Assembly: GCA_028023455.1 (NCBI GenBank)
Contig: JAQFVV010000010.1
Location: forward strand, 5,394,001 to 5,458,000
Source: Epiperipatus broadwayi
Lineage: Eukaryota > Animalia > Onychophora
Direction: 5' to 3'
Length of the DNA stretch: 64,000 nt
Shown here one piece after another: positions 1 through 13,499 of the stretch. The notes under the pieces were generated by a model. The model saw only the letters and a program-made list of their open reading frames with translations. It had not been told where the DNA came from and ran no database searches. Within the stretch, counting starts at the first letter, position 1, and the number at the start of each line of letters is the position of its first letter. Both the position numbers and the translations under genes were made by a program.

Positions 1-274
1 TCATAGAGTGTTTAAATATTTTAAGCTTGAATAGCAAAATAATAATAAAAGTGCTGCTAGATGGTTATAACTCAAAAATAGAGTTCTCCATTAAAGAAAG
101 CTGTAATCTAGAAACTAATCTGAAGATGTGTTTGGCACTATCATCTGCTCTAATAAGTAAAAACAAATTTACCACAAATAAAATAACTGTAATGAAAGTA
201 ATAATCATTATTTAAAATTCTTGTTAGCAACAAAAAAAAGTTAACTGTATAATAAAAGTAATATGAGTTTTTAC

Positions 275-417
275 CTAAAACTATGAATACCAGCCAATTC
301 TTGAGTTAAGACTTCCTGAGTCGTTGAAATGAGATCTAGAGCTCCTACAAATTCTGAGGTAGAAAGAAGTAATTGAATTGTAGGCTGTGTTTGATGAACA
401 GTTGACATTAACTTTAA
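275..417 (-). CDS. VPS54: Vps54 coding exon (6th of the six in the window; gene continues beyond position 1)
   Basis: Acceptor tttttag| and donor |gtaaaa. 143 nt translate as LKLMSTVHQTQPTIQLLLSTSEFVGALDLISTTQEVLTQELAGIHSF(R), nearly identical to the segment I recall from human VPS54 (LKLMATVHQTQPTVQVLLSTSEFVGALDLIATTQEVLQQELQGIHSFR). Confidence 0.96.
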
Positions 418-1829
418 CTAAAAAACAAAGAAATAAGATATAGAATTTCATTTATTTAAGTAAAAAATTATATAATAAGTTATTACTTATATAGTGCTAT
501 GTTTCAATTTGTGGAAAGATCCATAAATAATTATAGTAAAACTTTTTTTAAAATTTATCAAAGCATTTATCCTGTTAAATTAAACTTTACATAAAGCAAT
601 GCTTAAAAAAAAAAAAAAAAAAGGATACAAGAAAAAATAAAAGAAAAATGGAATAAAATGAAAAACAACATTTAAATATTCCTAATGACTATAAAGTTGA
701 ACTCTAAGTAGTAGAAATATTACAGAATATTGTTTATGCTAATAAATTATTTATTATCCATTTTTAATATTAGTTTCCATTGTTTTGGTTTTTTATGATT
801 ATATGTAAATAAAAATAAGTCCAAGAAATATATATTCCATATTCCACAACTGAGCATGCATAAACATATCTATGTAACAGCTCATTGTATTCAATAAGAC
901 AATATGTGAATATATATTTTTTGTCTCAAAAGATTTAGTATTATGCAATTACTGAAAAAATACAAGAAAAATACTTCACTGATTTAATCTTAACTTTTTT
1001 TTTTGAGAAATGTTGCACAAATGCCACTTATTATCTTAATTTCCAATAATTCTGATTCTAAAAAATAAATTTATGATTATTTAAAAAGACATAAATCATA
1101 TCAAATCCTCCACTTAGAATTTAATCAGTATATTAATCATGAAAAAGTCAAACAATCACCTGTTATCTTAATAATCAAGCCAGAACAATATATCCTCTCA
1201 TAATTATTGCATATTTTTATAATAGAGTATATGTTATATATACATCTTTAATATAATTAATAAACAATTTAAAATAATCTTCTTTTAAATTTATTTTCTG
1301 AATAACTTTTCTTCCAACCCTCATATATAAAACAATCTATCATTATATATATATTCTATTATTAAAAAATCAAACATTATATATATATTCTATTATTAAT
1401 AAAACAAACAGAAATGTATTATAAGAACTGCAAACTTTATAACTATATATATCTATTCATGGAAGAATCAAATCTGAAAATGTTACAATGATAATTCACA
1501 AATCAAATCCACAAAGAATCATTTAAATAACTTGCAAATAACACTCACTTTTTCTTACATTATCAACGTTAATATATTTGATAAATTATAAAAGTTATTT
1601 ACAGGCTTAATAAGCTATATAAAATTTCAGGAAATATAGATAAAAGAGAGATAAATGAAGCCAAAATGGATATATATATAAAGAAGCTAATCCTATTCTA
1701 AGAGGTTAAAATTTCCCCCAAATTTCAGGTAATATGAAAATAAGCCACTATCATTCCAATAAAGTATTACTTTTACTTTACTAAAATTTTATATATATAC
1801 ATATATATCAATGTGTTGAAACAAAAAAA

Positions 1830-3620
1830 TGATTACTTATGTGGCAAATGAACATGGAACATGCATCAGTCAACTTGATGAGTTTATTGGTCTTTTGCCT
1901 CTGAATTAAAAACCAAGAAAATATTAGTTGAGTTTTCTTGAAGGCAGAATGAATGTATGTAAATGAACTTTTTTAAAAATAGATATTGGAAATCAGGACA
2001 GACAAAACTAAATTATAGCCCTTATTCCCACAAAACCATAAAGTCATTAGTTAAGAAACTGATGGTAGAAGATGGAGGTTGTTATGTATCCCCTGATTAT
2101 AAATTCAGGCTACCATTTTTATATATTTACTTATAACTGAACTGAAAAAATATGAAATCAGATATTGTTGAACTTTGTGAAGGTAAAAAAAGGGTGAACA
2201 AATAATTGATTTGAAAGTGATTATGTATTTTATTACAAAAGCACAGATATTGAAAGCATAAGTGAAATAGGATTTATTATAAATAAAAATTGAGAAAAAA
2301 AAATTGTGAAAATTGATGGTATATCAGATAGATTCACAAGATTAGTTCAGTTATTCAAGCTAATGGAAGATACCAAATGCAGAAAATTCAGATTTATGCC
2401 CCAAGAAGTTCTCATTGTGATGAAAAAGTAGAGGATTTTTATATAAATGTATAATATGTTTTTGATCATATCACACATTTTAATAATAACATGGGCAACT
2501 TTAATGCTAGAATTAGAAAACAACTGAAATAATATTTATTTTATAAAGCGCAAACAGTGTTGAAACTAAACTGAGAGACTGCAAACCTCTCAAGCGTTTA
2601 TAACTATCAACAGCCAATCAGATTGTAAACACTGAGACAGAGAATTTAACAAGAAAAGGGCGGTTCCACCCTCTTCTTTACTTGTCTTTCTATATATCCA
2701 AGCCAGTCTAAAGTACTTAGATCTGAAAACGTGAATCTTAAATATCTTCACACTCAACTTACTGAGTTCAAATTACAAACAACTGAAAGTTGAAAGTTCT
2801 ATAGAAAAATTTGGCTATGGTGATAAAAATGAAAGTGACAAAGATCTTATGAAATTTGCAGAAAAATGTACCTCGTGGATTTTTTTTTTTTAAAAAAAGA
2901 CTATTAAATGGAAAGGGACATGAAAACAAAGAAATGAAGGAACAGCAGAATTGGATTATATTTTGACTAATAGAAAATATATATTTCAGAATTGTAATGA
3001 TTTTAATAGATTAAAATAGAAAGTAGTCATCAATGAGTGAGATATAAAATATATACTAATGCAAACTATTAAAAAAGATAATATTGACAATTGACTCTCC
3101 TAATCTTCAGAAATAGTGAATGAATTCAAATTAGTACTTGCTAATTGCTTTAAAATAGTGATGGTTCAAATTTAATCAAGATTAATAAGAAAATAACTAA
3201 TATTCCACTAAAACTGCAACAATGGCAACTGGTACAAATATGCAGCAATCAATCCGTAAACTTTCAAATGAAAAAAAAAAAAAAGTATGAAGAAAAGAAT
3301 ATGAAAATATATAAAAATGATCCATTAAGAAGAATTGAATATCTGGAGTTCTGTAAAAAAAATATAAAAAACAGTTAATGATAAAAGAAAATATAAATGG
3401 GAATCAACAAGGAAAGTTTCAAAAGTATAAAACAATATCTTGATATTGGAAAAAAATTATTTTAGCAATAAAAAGAAAAAATGAAACTATTATTTAAAAA
3501 AAAAAACATTATGAAATGTTCAAAGAATTATATAATAATAAAGAACAAGAAAACAAAGTAACAATTACAATTACTACATTTAAATTGCCAAGGATGTTAA
3601 ATGAAGGGGTGAGACATGCA
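1830..3620 (+). mobile_element. Decayed RTE-clade LINE: 5' UTR, endonuclease and linker; 3' part missing
   Basis: Shares 5' sequence (gagtttattgg...gaaggcagaatgaatgt) with the copies at ~23560 and ~63400. Degenerate APE-like coding (VYAP..SHCDEKVEDFY; GNFNARI; KFGYGDKNE) with many stops. Boundaries approximate. Confidence 0.75.
2530..2776 (-). mobile_element. 247-bp unclassified insertion inside the RTE remnant
   Basis: Perfect 12-bp TSD aaacaactgaaa (2518-2529 and 2777-2788). RTE sequence resumes after it. The minus strand ends in aataaatatta. Confidence 0.7.
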
Positions 3621-4279
3621 ATTACTATAAATATATATGTTATGGAATTACATATTTATATATGCTAGACTTACATATATATAAAAGATAGTTATTTTCT
3701 GTGCAAATTTTAAATGTGAGTTATCTTCTGCTCTGATTTTTTAACTTCATTCAAGCAATTGAATTTCTCAATTTAAATTCATACATATACATTTTAATAT
3801 ATTATTAAATATTTTGCTTTAGTTACTTTGCTTATCAGCATTTTATCAAATGAATAACTATAATATCATATATATATTTTTAAAATTATAAATATATTGA
3901 TAAAGTCTATATAAGCATCTCCATCAATTTTAATGTTTATTCTCATAATTGTTATGATCTAAATTTCCTTTCCATATATAATCATGGGCTGCATATGGAA
4001 ATAAGGTTCATTTTTCTCCTGATTTATAGTTAGACTTTGGAACTACAAGTGTTGAATTGAATTAAATTGTAGAGGGTGCTTGGAAAAACATAATTCCAAA
4101 ATATTATATGTTTATATATGTTATAGTATAAAAAAACTTATAAATTAAATATTATAGTCAAACTAAAAAAAAAATCAAGTCAGATGTCACATGACCTAAT
4201 TTAATAAGCTTGTATTTACAAATGTTATATATAGAGCTTGCAAAATAAACTGTGATCAAGCTTTGTAGAATATCCCCAA

Positions 4280-4317
4280 CCTCAGACCGGTTTCTGCTAC
4301 TGGTGTCCTCAGTGAGG
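4280..4317 (-). ncRNA. Type I hammerhead-like motif B1 (core intact, stem II unpaired)
   Basis: Minus strand reads cctca-CTGAGGA-caccagtagca-GAAA-ccgGTC-tgagg, giving stem I cctca/tgagg and palindrome ACCGGT. No Watson-Crick stem II is visible. Confidence 0.6.
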
Positions 4318-4929
4318 CGCTAGGATATTCGAGCATTAGATTTAAAAATACCAGAACAAGTTCAGCACTTTATCTAATGTAAAACTATTAAGTAGAAAAA
4401 CTGAAATTTTCAGACAGCCATATGTCTTCCAATCCACCTATCTAACTTAAATAGCCATATCGGACTGAGCTAAGTTCAGATACACCATATATTAATAGCT
4501 TTAGCAATATAAAATCACCAAAGCCTTAATAGCAAAAAAAAAAAATAAAATAAAAAAATCAAGTCAGATGTCACATGACCTAATGTAATAAGCTTGTATT
4601 TACAAATGTTATATATAGAGCTCACAAAATAAGCTCTTAACAAACATTTGTAAATACAAGCTTATTAAATTAGGTCGTGTGACATCTGACTTAATTTTTT
4701 TGTAATTTTATTTTTTGCTATTAAGGCTTTAGTGATTTTATATTGCTAAAGCTATTAATATATAGTATATCTGAAATTAGTTCAGTCCCATATGGCTATT
4801 TAAGTTAGATAGTGGATTGGAAGACATATCGATGTCTGAAAATTTCAGTTTTTCTATTTGATAGTTATACATTAGATAAAGTGCTGGGCTTGTCCTGCTA
4901 TTTTTAATCTAATGCTTGAATATCTAGCA

Positions 4930-4966
4930 CCTCACTGGGGTCATCAAAGCAGAAACCGGTCTGAGG
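4930..4966 (+). ncRNA. Degenerate hammerhead motif B2
   Basis: cctca-CTGGGGT-catcaaagca-GAAA-ccgGTC-tgagg. Two core substitutions relative to CUGANGA. Confidence 0.45.
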
Positions 4967-7030
4967 TTGGGGATATTCTACAAAACTTGTTGAGAGCTTA
5001 TTTTGCGAGCTCTATATATAATATAGTTAAACTAAAATATCTTATATTAATTGAAATCTACTCAGATAAAAACAAATGGTTAAATTAGATGCAAAATATA
5101 ATTTCTCAAATTGAAAGTAAAGGTAAGTAATGCAGCAATCTGTGGACAATAACAAAAAATAGTGATATGCCAATTATAATATACATATATAATTCACAGA
5201 ATAATAATAGTTTAATAAATCAATAGAATATTCACAATATTTTTTAAGGCAACCTCTATAAACTCTGATCTAAAAAGATCTTTAAATAAACAAAGACAAA
5301 CTGCTTGAAAATAGATTAATAAATAATCATTTTTATAACCTTTCAAACAAATTCCTATTCAATCTTAAAGTAAAAGGTAGAATCCATGTTTTATCTATAG
5401 AGTTTGTCTTAACAATAGTTTGAAGATATTCTATTGGTTTATTAAATATTGGCTGTTGTACTGTGAATTACATTTAAAAACCAGTTAGCAATTGGCAATT
5501 TATGATTTAATATATAATATAAATTATGATTTTGGATATGTAATAAAAAAACTAGCTAAATATTGAACTAACATAACTTGTCATTGCTATATCTATCAGT
5601 GAAAGTAAGATAATATACTTCAGATAATAATTCATAAATATCATGAATTAGTCATTATACAACTAATATATTATGAATATTTGAATTTGTGTATTCTGAT
5701 TAAAATAAAATCAAGCTATCAAGTTAATCATAATATATTTGTAATTAATTTAATATTACATAATTGAAAATAATTCATTTAATCCATTTGATATTTAGAT
5801 CAATATCACATCATTATTTTATTTAATATTAAAAAGCATAATTAATTACTATGTTTAATGAAGATTCTACAATACATTTTCTTAAGAAGTGCTAAAATAT
5901 ATAACAATTATCAATTTAGTTGTATAAAATAATTTATCAAAATAATTTTCATATCATTAATTTACAATTATGAAATAATGTACTACAGATTATATTACAA
6001 ATTTGTATAATTAATTTATATGAAAGCATCAAAAATAAATATTTTTTGTAAATAAACTTTATATATATATAAAAGAAAAATAATTAAACCATACAAATAA
6101 GAATTGTAATATGGCTATGACTATGAGGGACACGTCCCTTGAAAGTGCTCAGCAACACTTATACATATTTATTTTGCATTACTTTGTATTATTTTAATAT
6201 ATAAAAAACTTAAAAATTCAGCTTTGTGTGTGTATGAGTCGTTAGTGCAATTATATTTATATAGTAGTATTTAACCGCAAAGTTTAAACATCTCGCTTAT
6301 TTCAATAATTAGAAAGCAAAATTATTATAGTTACCATGCATAATGTACATTTATTAATAAATAGAACTCATATTTTATAATTTGCTTATTACTGTAATCA
6401 TTTATTTATTAAGATTTTGTTCATTTCTATGCTACAAAACAAAGTCTATATTTCTCTGGATAATTAATCATTCAACTAATAAAAAAAACCATAGAAAATC
6501 ATATTTCTTACTCAGTTTTTAAATCACAGCGCATTAAATAACAAATATGATTGCTTTAAAAAGCATTTTTCAATGTGTAAATAGATTTCTATAAATCTGA
6601 TTGGTGAAGTTAATAATTTAATTTACTGAAAAAATGCAATTGAATATTGTATATTAATTATTGGACTTACCATTAGCTAGAAATATGTTATGGTTGATTA
6701 AATATTTGATCATCTAATTTTAATATTTATTGATCACATGTTCAATTGTCAGAATGTCAAATGATACTCAAACATCAAACAGAAGGCAGAATAAAATAGT
6801 TTCATTCAATTATCTTATTGTACCTTCCTTCCCCCTTACTTTCTTAAATCAGAACTTTGCACTTCAGAGCTACCAACTCCTACTACACAAATAATTTACT
6901 CAGATCTATCTAATTTTAATTTATAAAATATAAAGTCAAAATCTAAAGAAAACATAAATTGCATTATAAATTATTAAATATAACATAGTAAATATTAAAA
7001 ATTATTTTAAAAAGTCAATTTTAACCTTAC

Positions 7031-7130
7031 CTTCTTAAAAAGAGAGACTGCATTATCATAAGAGCACTTGTATTTCAAAATTTGCAAAGAACCTTTGGCA
7101 AGCATTTGATCTAAGTTATTCACTTTGCCC
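7031..7130 (-). CDS. VPS54: Vps54 coding exon (5th in window)
   Basis: tttttttaag| and |gtaagg. 100 nt, (R)GKVNNLDQMLAKGSLQILKYKCSYDNAVSLFKK. The phase-2 start and phase-0 end fit both neighbouring exons, and it aligns to recalled DKIAQIDKVMCEGSLHILRLALTRNNCVKVYNK. Confidence 0.92.
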
Positions 7131-8579
7131 CTTAAAAAAATAAAAATCTTTATGGTAATATGTATAAGAATTCATGCCATTTCATTATTTGTCTTCATTA
7201 TTTAAAAGTGCATGTATGTGACCATATTTAAACATATGTATACAAATGTAACTGTTGGAAGAGCTTTGATTACCATTCATAATATATATATATATGATTT
7301 TATCGTATTCCTAAAAAAAAAAGAAAAACGTTTTGAAATAAAAAAATTTTATTTATAGATCTAAAAAATATACGCAAATCAGGACTTTCTATAAATTTCA
7401 TTATTTCCTGGAACAGCTTATCTTTTTGTGGATTTTGTTTTAAAAGCATGTATTAAAATATTCTATATATTTAAAACAAATTGAATATGTTTTACAGACG
7501 ATATTTAATAAAAATATGTACATTACATGCTTTACATTCCATTGATTTTTCTTCATATTCAAACTAATAAACATTTTTTGGATTTTATAATTCCTACAAA
7601 GTATAAAGGCACACCAAACTTTCATATCTCAAACTTTCTTTCTCATTATCATTCTTCTCTATATTTTCTATATTAAAAAAATATTTTGATAGAAACTAAA
7701 TTTCTCTATAACTATCTTTTAAAATATTTGTAGTTAAACATACTTTGATTGCAGAATATGGATTATTGCTTAAACTTCATATAGCTGTAGTGATATAAAA
7801 ATAAACATCCAGCAGAACAGTTTTTTCATACATTTGAGAATAAGCACATCCCTTTTTAAAATTTCATATCAAGAGCATTTTTTGTAGGCAAGAAAATTAG
7901 TGATTTCCCCATTAAAGTTTAAAAATCAGTAATCAAATATCAATAGAATTCCATTTTTTGATTGACACAGCTTAATAAAACTTATAAAATAATGTAAAAA
8001 TCAATGTAACAATTGTAACATATATATTTTTAGTCAAAGTATATGTTCCCAAACACTTGTTATTTTTTTCAGCCACAAAAACCTTCTTTTTTTGAGAGTA
8101 CTAAAACATTAGCAAAGTTAAAAAAGTATAATTTACATACTAAGAGAAAACCTATAAAATCAAAGTTTCAACAAGTGAAGAATTATAAAGCATTTCTATA
8201 TAAATCTCTTATTTAATCTCTTTCCATAGCTTCCAGTTATAATTATACTAAATTAATTAGCCAAAAATACAATCAAAGACAGTTCACAGTTGGTTCTCTC
8301 TTTAGCTATGATTGCTAAGAAGTTCTGAGAAAAATAATAAATGAAAAATTTTGAAGCAAACACACTCTTATTATTTTAAAAAATGTGGCAATAGTGGATT
8401 GACTAGCCACTTCTGCTAAGACTTTTTCTATAATTGTAAATTAGATAGATTTGCAACAATCTTATCAATTTATTTTGATCATGAAAAATTCTTCCTATCA
8501 AAGACTACTATTAGACTTAAAAATCTATTATATACATGTTGTAACAATAATTTTTAGGCTTTTTCAATATACACAAATA

Positions 8580-10297
8580 TGTAACATTAAATTTTGACTC
8601 AAGTTGAGGAAATACAATATTTAGATTAAAAATGGTTAATATACTTAAAATAAAAAATGATTAAATTTAAATATATATAAGAATATTAACCAAAACTCTA
8701 TAATAATGATAATAATTTAAAACCTAGCACTGAAGGTTAAACAAAATATAAATTCTCCCAAAAGTATTTTTAATTTGTTTTTCAGATTCAAGAAAATAAA
8801 AATTGAAACTTTAAGATGCCAAATCTTTTAATTAAAAAGTTCACTTCTGGAAAACTTATTAACATCTGATGATCATCATTAATAAATTATTACTACCATA
8901 TTTGCATGTCTCCCAGTGGATTGCATGATTTCTCAGGATTGTGGATATTAATAGCATTAGGTATTGTTAGTAGCATAATGTTTGGATTAAGTTCAATAAG
9001 CGAATACAAACTAAATGGATTAATAAAAAAATAACTTGATAATTTATTAATAATAAATATATAAAACTGTTGCTTATATAACTGCCATTATTATTAGGTA
9101 TACAAATTATTAAAGATAATAATAATAAGAGCTATTTTAATTTTAAGACTTGAAAGAATTATATTGATATGGTCTTACCGTGAAAAGTTTAAAAGAAAAA
9201 TAAGTTAAAACGATGGTTTTCTGCAGATATTGTTTTTTCCCCTATATTTAAGAATGAGTTCTCATTAGTTCCTCCAAAGGTAGTAGTTATTTTGCTTGGT
9301 GCACTGTTTATGCTGAATGGAGTATTCAGCAGTAATGGTAATGTAAGTCATAGTTATGATAGGTTTTACAGCCCAATCCACTTTCTTCCTTATGTCATGA
9401 TTAAAGCAGGCAATGGTGGTTTCAGCGAACTTCAGCATTAAACTCCAGGTCCAAATGCTTCTCTGGATGTTTTGACTAATACGGTTTTTGATTTTAGCCA
9501 CACATACTAAATTGTCTTCTGCTGGAAAATGACATGGTTGTTGTGCTGAATTTTAATATTGAAAAATACTTTTAATATCAGCAAGCTACAGCAATCCAAA
9601 CTACAGTGGAAAACTGTTTTAACCAGCAGTTTCTCTTTTTGGTATGGAATCAATGCAACACTGCTTCTTGAGTTAATACTTAGAATCCTATTTGCTGTTG
9701 GTCACACTTATTGCTGGACTCATGCTGTTTTTCAAGCAACAGGTTTATCAAAAGATAATTACAATATATGACATCTGTTTCTTTACAACATTTTTTGATA
9801 AACATTTCCTTAATTTCTTTCACAACATGTGGAAGTAAATAATTTTACAGATGTTTTTAAATTACATTATTATTTTATAATTTGGTAAACAAAAGTTTTT
9901 TATTTCTTTATTTACAGAGCAATAAGAAGAAAAAAAAAATCATTTTCAACTTTTAAAAATCGATCAATAACTTAGTTATTTTTATTAATCCATAGTTTTA
10001 AAATAACATATAATTGGCAAATTTTTTTTAAAATTTCAATTTAGAAGGCAAATCAGAAAAAAGGCACAAAATATTGTAAATCCCTATAAGTCATGCAATA
10101 TAAATCCCTGCATGCATCAAAACTATTTTTCTTCTTCCTTTACAGTGCAATATATTACTTTATTATTTTTAGCCTATTACAAATTAACTTTCCATTATAA
10201 AAGTTAATAATATAATTAAATATATAAACTATTTTTTTTTCTATTTTTTTTTTAAACCGATGCACTAAACTGACATGTATGTTATATACAGTATACA
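8580..10297 (-). mobile_element. LTR-like repeat C, copy 1 (~1.7 kb)
   Basis: Termini TGTA...TACA. Reverse-complement homologue of 11956-14238 along its length. No TSD found. Confidence 0.6.
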
Positions 10298-11339
10298 CAC
10301 ACACATATATATACAGCAATTTATATATTTATTACTCAATTTATAAATTTTTACTAATTTTTTTGATGCAATTTTGTAATGTAATTAATCCAAGCTGCTA
10401 TTAGATCTGTTTTAATTACAAATCCTCTTTCTTTAAATTGAGACAACAAGACAGCACAATTTTTCATTTCTCATTTCTAAGCTTATTGCAAACATTTTAA
10501 CTTTATTTATTTCTCTAATTATTTTTGTATTTCAGCCATTTTCATAGTGTTTTAAGATTAACAAAATACATATGTCCATGATTTCACAGTTCAGAGATTT
10601 GCTTGACATTGAACTGTAAAAAGAATGAATAGAATTTCTACTCTAGGATTTATAAAAAAATTCAACCATAGGGTATTAAAATGTACAATGAAGAACGAAC
10701 ATTAGAAAAATAATTTCAGTTTGAATTCCATTAAGCTATTCACAACACATCAATAACCCCAATATTATACCAATACATAAAGCTTTGGTCTCTTAAGTTT
10801 TAGAGGCTGATAAACATAACATTTGAATATTAGAATTGCCTCCTTTTGAATCTTAGATGCTGATAAATTCAACAAACATTCAAACTGCATCTTGCTTCTT
10901 CTGAGCTAAGCTTACAGGTGGGTGATTAAGCTAGTTTAAAAAAAAGTGTTGTGGCAGTACCAGAGACAACAAACATCTCAATTATCACATGACAATATAG
11001 TATCTTGTGTATATAACCAAATCCTAATAAATCACTTGGAGTTGAACATATCTACACAAACTTTAATCTAAAAATTTTTTTTTGCTCTGCAGAAATCAAT
11101 CTAACTATTTTGGTCATAAATTTCATAGATATTTTACCTATCACTAAAATTATTCATTTAAAGTCCTATATAGCTTCAAGACAAGAGCATTGTATGGCTT
11201 TTTTATATTATTAATATCTTGGACTCAAAAAGCATTTTCACCATCTTTTTTTATAATTTCATAGACCTTCATAAAAATATTTAAATTTCCTGAAAATGTG
11301 TTGTTCAAGTAGGCTGACATTAGATGCTGTCACAAAAAC

Positions 11340-11880
11340 TTTATTATCTATCTTGAATGAGTAAGGGGAGTGACATTGTCTATGCTTTCTTCTTTGATCC
11401 TGAATGCATATTTGAATATAAGCATCCCCTTGCTTGGATTATATATTAATATTTTCTGGTTATCTAGTGGAGTTTTTGAGGTTTGGTATAATTTCCCAAA
11501 ATAAAGGTGGATAGAGTCAAATCCTATGGATTCATTCCATGTCCATTTAATATAATTCACAACCTCCTTATTTGATTCACCCAACCATGATAATTTTATG
11601 GGATTATACTCTTAAGTAATCTTCCAAATTCTTACATAACCCTCACACAGGGGTTGGATTAAGAATTATGGACATGTCAATAAGGGTTTAATTTCTTTTA
11701 TCAACATGAAATGTTGCCATTCTGTTGATATAAATGGCATTCCATGCTCTGTTAGGATACTTTGAGGTTTTCTGATAATTGGAATGTGCTGGTCTTTCAT
11801 TACCTTGATAATATTCTTTGCAATAGTCTGTGAAATAAAACAAGTTCAGATAGCAGCTCTGATTAGTTACATTATAAAGC
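11340..11880 (-). mobile_element. Ty3/Gypsy integrase remnant
   Basis: Frameshifted reading KPQSILTEHGMPFISTEWQHF...SNPCVRVM*EFGRLL...WNESIGF resembles the rve core (TDNG..F...HPQSNP.ER). Decayed sequence may extend to ~10560. Confidence 0.65.
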
Positions 11881-12995
11881 TGCATCAAAAAAAATTGTTC
11901 AATAAGTCTTATAAATTAAGTAATAAATGTATAACTTGCTGTATGTGAATGTACATGTATACTAGATATAACACATGCATCACTTTAGTACATTGACTTT
12001 ACAAAAATTGGGGAAAAAATTAGTTTATACATTTAATCACATTATCAACTATTTTATAATGGAAAGCTAATTTGTAATAGGTTAAAAATAATAAAATGAT
12101 ACATTGTACTTTAAAAGAAAGAAAAATAGTTTTGATGCATTCAAGGATTTGAATTGCATAGCTTATAGAGATTTAAAATATTTTGTGCCACTATCTCATT
12201 TGCTTTCTAAATAAAATTTTAAATAAAAAAATTGCCAATTCTTGAAGTAAATTAAATGGCAAATCTAAATATTTTATTTAAAATTACAGATTAATAAAAA
12301 TAAGTTATCGATCAATTTTTAAGTCAGCAATGATTTTTTTCTTTCATCCTATCACTAATGTAAACATGACAAAAATTTTTTTTCTTTTGTTCACATAGTT
12401 ATAAAATAACGATTTAATTTTAAAATAGCTGTAAAATTTTTGTTTTCACATGTAAAAGAAATGAAGAAAATGTTTATTAAAAATATTTTGTAAAGAAACA
12501 GATGTCAAATATTGGAATAAGCTTTCGATAAACCTATTGCTTGAAAAACACCATAAGTCCAGAAATAAGATGAACAATAGCAAGTATAGTATAAATAGGT
12601 GAAAGAAGCAATAAGATTGGCCTATCCTAGTTGGTCTATCCTAGTCTATTCTAATCATTAATCAAAAAACAGTTTTGCAGTGATCCCATTGAGACAAGAG
12701 AAACTGCTGATTAAAACAGTTTTCCTTCTTTGAATTGCTGTAGCTTGCTGATGTTAAAAATACTTTTCAATACTAAAATTCAGCACAGCTACCATGACAT
12801 TTTCCAGAAGACTATATAGTATGTTTGTCTAGAAACCAGGAACCACACCAGTCAAAACATCCAGAGATGGAATTGGATCCAGAGACTAATACTGAAGTTA
12901 GCTAAAACCAGCCATTGCCTGCTTTAATCATGATGCAAGAAAAGAAGTGGACTGCATCATAAAATCTACCAAAACTACTGACTAACATTACCATT

Positions 12996-13499
12996 GATTA
13001 CTTTAGCTTGCTGTGTGTGGCAATATGTATAATGAGTTTTGCTGTTTTAACAACAGTTATACACAAGCATAAGAGGTGGTGGTCATGTGATGTTTATTGG
13101 CTTAAACCCAATCCTGCCTAATAGGATAGTGGTGGCTATGGTTATTAAAGAACCAAAGACACCAAAATGTATGGGTGCTGAACTAAGTTCAGACCCATAT
13201 GACTATATAAGCTAATGGGCTTGGATTGAAAACATTAAGGTGTTTTCAGTTTAAGACTCATAGTTTTATAGTTAAATGGAGATAAAAGGTGGCTGCTGGA
13301 GGGTTACATTAGATCCTAAGATCTAGGTGCAGTGCTCTCAGATCCAAGGCTCCTCACTGACGAAGGTCACAAGCCAGAAACTAGTCTGGGGATATTGGAT
13401 GAGTAGGCACTAGATGGGGATTTTATGCACAAGCCTTCTGGCATCCATTGATTACTCTAGCTTGCTGTGTGTGGCAATACGTATAGCGAGTTTTGCTTG
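12996..13499 (+). mobile_element. Family A hammerhead retroelement, copy A1 (454-bp unit plus ~50-nt tandem overlap)
   Basis: ccattgattact...gagttttgct repeats at 12991 and 13445. 9-bp TSD attaccatt (12987-12995 and 13500-13508). The empty site acattaccattactgctg is visible in repeat C copy 1. Confidence 0.85.
13342..13400 (+). ncRNA. Type I hammerhead A1 (stem II partly damaged)
   Basis: atccaa..cctca-CTGACGA-aggtcacaagcca-GAAA-ctaGTC-tgggg..ttggat. Core at 13357-13363, predicted cleavage after 13386. Confidence 0.75.

Larger units (their letters stand above)
4169..5021. mobile_element. Family B hammerhead-bearing non-autonomous retroelement (PLE pLTR/retrozyme-like): tandem plus inverted arm
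   Basis: 384-bp unit period (tcaagtcagatgtcac at 4175 and 4559). Inverted arm ~4640-5021. 16-bp TSD tatagt(c/t)aaactaaaa at 4153-4168 and 5022-5037. Confidence 0.8.

Noticed and set aside
27-215. 62-aa plus-strand ORF, and a signal-peptide-like antisense reading (MITFITVILFVVNLFLLIRA...)
   Set aside because: It lies in a Vps54 intron and is not the expected next exon (HLGSQL...). AT-rich chance reading with no splice support.
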